Below, piece after piece: positions 59,107-64,000 of a stretch of DNA of 64,000 nt (the first letter of the stretch is position 1; the number at the start of each line of letters is the position of its first letter). The DNA comes from Candidatus Planktophila sp. (GTDB taxonomy: Bacteria; Actinomycetota; Actinomycetes; Nanopelagicales; Nanopelagicaceae): NCBI GenBank assembly GCA_040402315.1, contig JBBAMU010000003.1:1453-65452 (forward strand), read 5' to 3'. The position numbers were made by a program, and so were the translations under genes. A model generated the notes under the pieces. That model made no database searches, was not told the origin of the DNA, and saw only the letters and a list, made by a program, of their open reading frames with translations.

Positions 59107-60443
59107 CTACCACATTTGATCCATACGCATCATCACGCGAAACCACTGAAGGCACGGTCTTCTCGGTTACCGGTGGTGATTGGGATTCACTCGTTGCTGA
59201 AATTGGTGAATCAAAAGAAGAGCGCATCATTGTCAATATGGGACCACAACACCCATCTACGCACGGTGTGCTTCGCCTAGTTCTTGAACTTGAGGGCGAA
59301 ACCATTACCGAAGTGCGTACCGGAATTGGCTATCTTCATACCGGAATTGAGAAGAACATTGAATTCCGTAACTGGACGCAAGGTGTCACATTCGTCACTC
59401 GTATGGATTACCTATCGCCAATCTTTAATGAAACCGCATACTGCCTGGCTGTTGAAAAACTGCTGGGCATTACCAATGACATTCCAGAGCGCGCTTCTGT
59501 GATTCGCGTTCTAATGATGGAGCTCAACCGAATCTCCTCACACATGGTCGCACTCGGCACCGGCGCACTTGAACTAGGTGCCATGGGACCAATGTTCTTT
59601 GCCTTCCGCGATCGCGAAATTGTGCTTGATGCCTTTGAAGAGATCACTGGATTACGTATGAATATGGCCTATGTGCGCCCTGGGGGAGTATCGCAAGATC
59701 TGCCAGCAGGAATGGGCGGCAAGCTTCGCGAATTGGTGAAGACACTTCGTAAGAACTTTGAGGATAATGCCAAGTTGCTTATCGGTAACACGATCTGGAT
59801 GAAGCGCACAGTAGGTATTGGTTATCTCGATTTGGCAGGTTGTACAACACTTGGAATTACTGGACCAGTACTTCGCTCTGCCGGACTTCCATGGGATCTA
59901 CGAAAGACACAGCCGTACTGTGGATATGAAAATTATGACTTTGATGTCATCACAGCAGATACTGCAGATGTTTATGGCCGTTTCTTAGTTCGTATGGCAG
60001 AACTTGAACAATCACTTCGCATTATTGAACAAGCAATCGATAAGTTAGCTGCACTCGAAGGTCAACCAGTAATGGTTGCTGATAAGAAGATTGCCTGGCC
60101 GGCGCAGTTGGCACTGGGCGCCGATGGTCTCGGAAACTCACTTGAGCACATTCGTCAAATCATGGGCTCTTCTATGGAATCACTGATTCACCACTTCAAA
60201 CTTGTCACCGAAGGTTTCCGGGTTCCAGCAGGCCAGGCATATGTGGCAATTGAATCTCCACGTGGGGAACTTGGTGCACATGTTGTCTCCGACGGTGGCA
60301 CTCGCCCTTATCGCGTTCATTTCCGGGAACCATCTTTTAATAACTTGCAAGCAACTTCTGCCATGAGTGAAGGCGGAATGATTTCTGACATTATCGGCGC
60401 AGTTGCTTCTATCGATCCTGTTATGGGAGGGGTGGACCGCTAA
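59103..60443 (+). CDS. nuoD: NADH-quinone oxidoreductase subunit D
   Basis: [26 protein letters not shown]. Confidence 0.97.
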   Translation: MTTTFDPYASSRETTEGTVFSVTGGDWDSLVAEIGESKEERIIVNMGPQHPSTHGVLRLVLELEGETITEVRTGIGYLHTGIEKNIEFRNWTQGVTFVTRMDYLSPIFNETAYCLAVEKLLGITNDIPERASVIRVLMMELNRISSHMVALGTGALELGAMGPMFFAFRDREIVLDAFEEITGLRMNMAYVRPGGVSQDLPAGMGGKLRELVKTLRKNFEDNAKLLIGNTIWMKRTVGIGYLDLAGCTTLGITGPVLRSAGLPWDLRKTQPYCGYENYDFDVITADTADVYGRFLVRMAELEQSLRIIEQAIDKLAALEGQPVMVADKKIAWPAQLALGADGLGNSLEHIRQIMGSSMESLIHHFKLVTEGFRVPAGQAYVAIESPRGELGAHVVSDGGTRPYRVHFREPSFNNLQATSAMSEGGMISDIIGAVASIDPVMGGVDR

Positions 60444-61072
60444 TGGCTACTGATCAGATTCTCAACCAAGAAGTAATGCAATCAATCATTAAACGCTATC
60501 CACGTAGCCGCTCAGCAATCATGCCGCTGCTTCACTACGTGCAATCAGTATCTGGTTATGTAACAAATGAAGGCATTGAATTGATATCTGATCTGCTTGA
60601 TATTGAAACTGCAGAAGTATCTGCAGTGGCGACTTTCTATACCCAGTACAAGCGCAAGCCGGTAGGTGAGTATCACGTGGGAGTCTGCACCAATACCTTG
60701 TGTGCAGTTATGGGCGGAGATGCAATCTTTTCCGCCCTTAAAGAGCACCTCAGCATTGAAAATGATGGCGTAACTGATGATGGAAAAGTTTCACTTGAAC
60801 ATATCGAGTGCAACGCTGCCTGTGATTACGCACCGGTTGTGATGGCTAATTGGGAGTTCTACGACAACCAAACTGTTGAATCCGCTAAATCACTCGTTGA
60901 TGCAGCGCGTTCTGGAAATCCTCCTGCACCCACACGTGGACCAAGCAAACTTGTTACCTATAAGCAAGCATCGGCAGTTCTTGCCGGACTCGATGACGGA
61001 CTTGCACGTGAAGGCGTTCAGGCCGGTGGCCCTACGCTCCTTGGCCTAAAACTTTCAAAGGAAGGTAAGTAA
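60443..61072 (+). CDS. nuoE: NADH-quinone oxidoreductase subunit E
   Basis: VATFY, CTNTLC, ECNAAC 2Fe-2S motifs. Confidence 0.96.
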   Translation: MATDQILNQEVMQSIIKRYPRSRSAIMPLLHYVQSVSGYVTNEGIELISDLLDIETAEVSAVATFYTQYKRKPVGEYHVGVCTNTLCAVMGGDAIFSALKEHLSIENDGVTDDGKVSLEHIECNAACDYAPVVMANWEFYDNQTVESAKSLVDAARSGNPPAPTRGPSKLVTYKQASAVLAGLDDGLAREGVQAGGPTLLGLKLSKEGK

Positions 61073-62352
61073 TGTCAAAGTTAACTCCGGTTCTTTCGGC
61101 ACATTGGGATGAAGCAGATTCATTTACCATCGAGGGCTACACGCGTCATGGTGGATATACCGCTTCCAAAAAAGCACTTGCCATGGATCCCGATGCAGTC
61201 ATTCAAATGGTGAAAGATTCTGGCCTTCGTGGTCGCGGCGGTGCCGGCTTTCCAACCGGAATGAAGTGGGGATTTATTCCACAAGGTGACGATAAAGATC
61301 ACTACCTGGTAGTTAATGCTGATGAATCTGAGCCGGGAACTTGTAAAGATACCCCGCTAATGATGGCTAACCCACATGTATTAATCGAAGGTTGCATCAT
61401 TGCTTGCCATGCCATTCGGGCCAAGCGGGCATTTATCTATATCCGCGGTGAAGTAACACATGTAGTGCGCCGGGTGAATGCTGCAATTGCCGATGCCTAT
61501 AGCGCAGGGCACCTTGGAAACGGAATTGATATCACCCTTCATATCGGAGCAGGTGCATATATTTGTGGTGAGGAAACCGCGCTGCTTGATTCACTGGAAG
61601 GCTTCCGTGGACAACCACGTTTGCGTCCACCATTTCCAGCAATTGCTGGTCTCTATGCCCGCCCTACTGTGGTCAATAACGTTGAATCGATCGCATCTGT
61701 TCCGGCAATTATCAGCAATGGCGCAGAGTGGTACCAATCAATGGGCACAGAGAAGTCAAAGGGTGCAACGCTTTACTCACTTTCGGGCCATGTGAATAAC
61801 CCTGGCCAATTCGAAGCACCACTGGGCATTACCTTGCGCGAAATTCTTGAACTCGCTGGTGGAGTTCGCACCGGACATAAGCTCAAGTTCTGGACACCTG
61901 GTGGATCTTCCACTCCACTGTTTACCGATGCCCACCTTGATACGCCACTTGATTACGAGGGTGTGGCAGCAGCAGGTTCCATGCTTGGAACTAAAGCTCT
62001 TCAAATCTTTGATGAAACAACATGTGTAGTGCGCGCAGTACTTCGCTGGACTGAGTTCTATAAGCATGAGTCATGTGGAAAGTGCACACCATGCCGGGAA
62101 GGCACTTGGTGGCTAGTACAGATCTTGCGCGATCTGGAAAATGGCACAGGCACAGAGGCTGATCTTGATAAGTTACTCGACCTCTGCGACAACATCATGG
62201 GCCGCTCATTTTGCGCACTCGGCGATGGCGCAACCAGCCCAATCACATCTTCGATTAAGTATTTCCGTGAGGAATACATCGCACACCTAACAAACGGTGC
62301 CTGCCCATTTGATCCTGTGAAATCAACCCTCTTTACCGGCGCGGTGAGCTAG
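61072..62352 (+). CDS. nuoF: NADH-quinone oxidoreductase subunit F
   Basis: [37 protein letters not shown]. Confidence 0.97.
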   Translation: MSKLTPVLSAHWDEADSFTIEGYTRHGGYTASKKALAMDPDAVIQMVKDSGLRGRGGAGFPTGMKWGFIPQGDDKDHYLVVNADESEPGTCKDTPLMMANPHVLIEGCIIACHAIRAKRAFIYIRGEVTHVVRRVNAAIADAYSAGHLGNGIDITLHIGAGAYICGEETALLDSLEGFRGQPRLRPPFPAIAGLYARPTVVNNVESIASVPAIISNGAEWYQSMGTEKSKGATLYSLSGHVNNPGQFEAPLGITLREILELAGGVRTGHKLKFWTPGGSSTPLFTDAHLDTPLDYEGVAAAGSMLGTKALQIFDETTCVVRAVLRWTEFYKHESCGKCTPCREGTWWLVQILRDLENGTGTEADLDKLLDLCDNIMGRSFCALGDGATSPITSSIKYFREEYIAHLTNGACPFDPVKSTLFTGAVS

Positions 62353-64000
62353 TGACTACAACTCAGGATGCTGCAGTTGCAGTAGAGCTCATCACCGTCG
62401 TTATCGATGGCTTTGAAGTCTCTGTTCCTAAAGGAACTCTGATTATTCGCGCAGCTGAAAAACTTGGAATTCAAATTCCGCGATTCTGCGATCACCCACT
62501 TCTAGATCCAGTAGGTGCATGTCGTCAGTGTCTAGTTGATGTTGAAATCAATGGTCGCGCATTTCCAAAGCCACAAGCTTCTTGCACAATTCCCGTGGAA
62601 CCAAACATGATTGTAAAGACACAACTGACATCACCTGTTGCAGATAAGGCGCAGAAAGGTGTGATGGAGTTGCTGCTTGGTAATCATCCACTTGATTGCC
62701 CAGTCTGCGATAAAGGTGGCGAATGCCCATTGCAAAACCAAGCGATGAGCAATGGGCGCGCAGATGCCCGCCTAGATGGATATAAGCGCACCTTTGAAAA
62801 ACCAATCAATATCTCTTCTTCCGTACTACTTGATCGCGAACGTTGTGTTCTCTGTGCTCGCTGCACCCGATTCTCGGAACAAATTGCATCAGATGCCTTT
62901 ATTACTCTTAACGAGCGCGGCGCCCTACAGCAGGTGGGCATTTATGAGAATGATCCATTTAAATCTTACTTCTCAGGTAACACAGTTCAGATTTGCCCAG
63001 TGGGTGCACTCACCGGTGCTTCCTATCGTTTCCGTGCTCGTCCCTTTGATTTAGTTTCTACGCCATCAGCTTGTGAGCATTGTGCATCAGGCTGTGACAT
63101 GCGCACCGATGTTCGACGTGGCAAGACACTTCGTCGTCTTGCCGGCGATGATGCATCAGTAAATGAAGAATGGAATTGCGATAAGGGACGTTGGGCATTT
63201 AAGTACGTAACCGCCCTCGATCGCCTGACTCATCCACTTGTACGAAATGCAGAGGGTGTACTTGTTCAAGCATCATGGCCGGAAGCACTTGCCGCAGCTG
63301 CGGCTGGACTTAAGGGAAAGCGGGCAGCAGTTATTACTGGTGGACGCGTGACAACAGAGGATGCTTATGGCTACGCAAAGTTTGCCCGTATAGCATTAGG
63401 AACTAACGATATTGATTTCCGCGCGCGTGTGACTTCAGATGAAGAAGGTGACTTCCTGGCCGCCCACGTTGTTGGGTCATCTGCCACCTATCGCGATATC
63501 GATATGGCAGATCATGTTGCACTGATTGCCTTCGAGCCAGAAGAAGAGTCACCTATTGTTTTCTTGCGTCTAAATAAGAATTTCAAGAAGCGTGGTCTGA
63601 AAGTTTCGGCAGTGGCAACGAAACAATCTATTGCCATGGATAAACTCAAAGCAGAGTTTCTAAAAGTCGCACCAGGTGCGGAAGGTTCTGCAGTTGCAAC
63701 ACTTGCACTCACCGCAAAGTCTCTGATTCTTGTGGGAGAACGTGCTTCGGAAAGTGTTGGGCTCTTCTCAGCTGTGGCAGCACTTGCGGCAAAGACAGGT
63801 GCGAAGATTGCCTATATTCCACGCCGAGCAGGAGAACGTGGGGCACTAGAAGCAGGTGCACTCGGATCACTTCTTCCAGGTGGACGTCCAGTTGCTGATG
63901 CCGCAGCTCGAGTAGATATTGCAGCTGCCTGGGGAGTTGCCGCGCTATCAACGCAACCTGGCCGCACAACAACAGAAATTATCTCTGGCCTGGCAGAAGA
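62352..64000 (+). CDS. nuoG: NADH-quinone oxidoreductase subunit G (runs off the window)
   Basis: Not in the ORF track. Manual translation from GTG 62352: [40 protein letters not shown]. Confidence 0.95.
   Translation, partial: MTTTQDAAVAVELITVVIDGFEVSVPKGTLIIRAAEKLGIQIPRFCDHPLLDPVGACRQCLVDVEINGRAFPKPQASCTIPVEPNMIVKTQLTSPVADKAQKGVMELLLGNHPLDCPVCDKGGECPLQNQAMSNGRADARLDGYKRTFEKPINISSSVLLDRERCVLCARCTRFSEQIASDAFITLNERGALQQVGIYENDPFKSYFSGNTVQICPVGALTGASYRFRARPFDLVSTPSACEHCASGCDMRTDVRRGKTLRRLAGDDASVNEEWNCDKGRWAFKYVTALDRLTHPLVRNAEGVLVQASWPEALAAAAAGLKGKRAAVITGGRVTTEDAYGYAKFARIALGTNDIDFRARVTSDEEGDFLAAHVVGSSATYRDIDMADHVALIAFEPEEESPIVFLRLNKNFKKRGLKVSAVATKQSIAMDKLKAEFLKVAPGAEGSAVATLALTAKSLILVGERASESVGLFSAVAALAAKTGAKIAYIPRRAGERGALEAGALGSLLPGGRPVADAAARVDIAAAWGVAALSTQPGRTTTEIISGLAE

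Noticed and set aside
1-64000. CRISPR arrays, rRNA genes, IS elements, defence systems
   Set aside because: None seen by eye; the intergenic spaces are too short to hold them and no matching proteins were recognised

Overview
A very gene-dense 64 kb window from a genome-streamlined actinobacterium. Gene order, tiny or overlapping intergenic spaces and moderate GC fit the freshwater acI lineage (Nanopelagicales, e.g. Ca. Planktophila); this is an inference. Most of it is core genome: sua5, tilS-hpt-ftsH-folEPBK-panC-nadBC-coaX-lysS-argA-clpC, radA, proC, an XPB helicase operon, cytochrome c maturation system II, a menaquinone cluster, and nuoA-G running off the right edge. The main accessory element is a ~5.7 kb island at tRNA-Lys(UUU), bounded by an exact 50 bp direct repeat of the tRNA 3' part (1716-1765 / 7463-7512) and lacking an integrase. 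It carries a cobalamin riboswitch, a BtuFCD-type ABC importer, cobU, cobS and an unusual HAD-phosphatase::CobT fusion that may replace the missing CobC. Other signals: a Nur-like box before a NiCoT transporter, an apparent ATT start for menA, a decayed NlpC/P60 remnant before tilS, many leaderless and back-to-back -10 promoters, and no hem genes at their usual locus although heme-consuming genes remain. All calls come from reading motifs by eye; no database searches were run.
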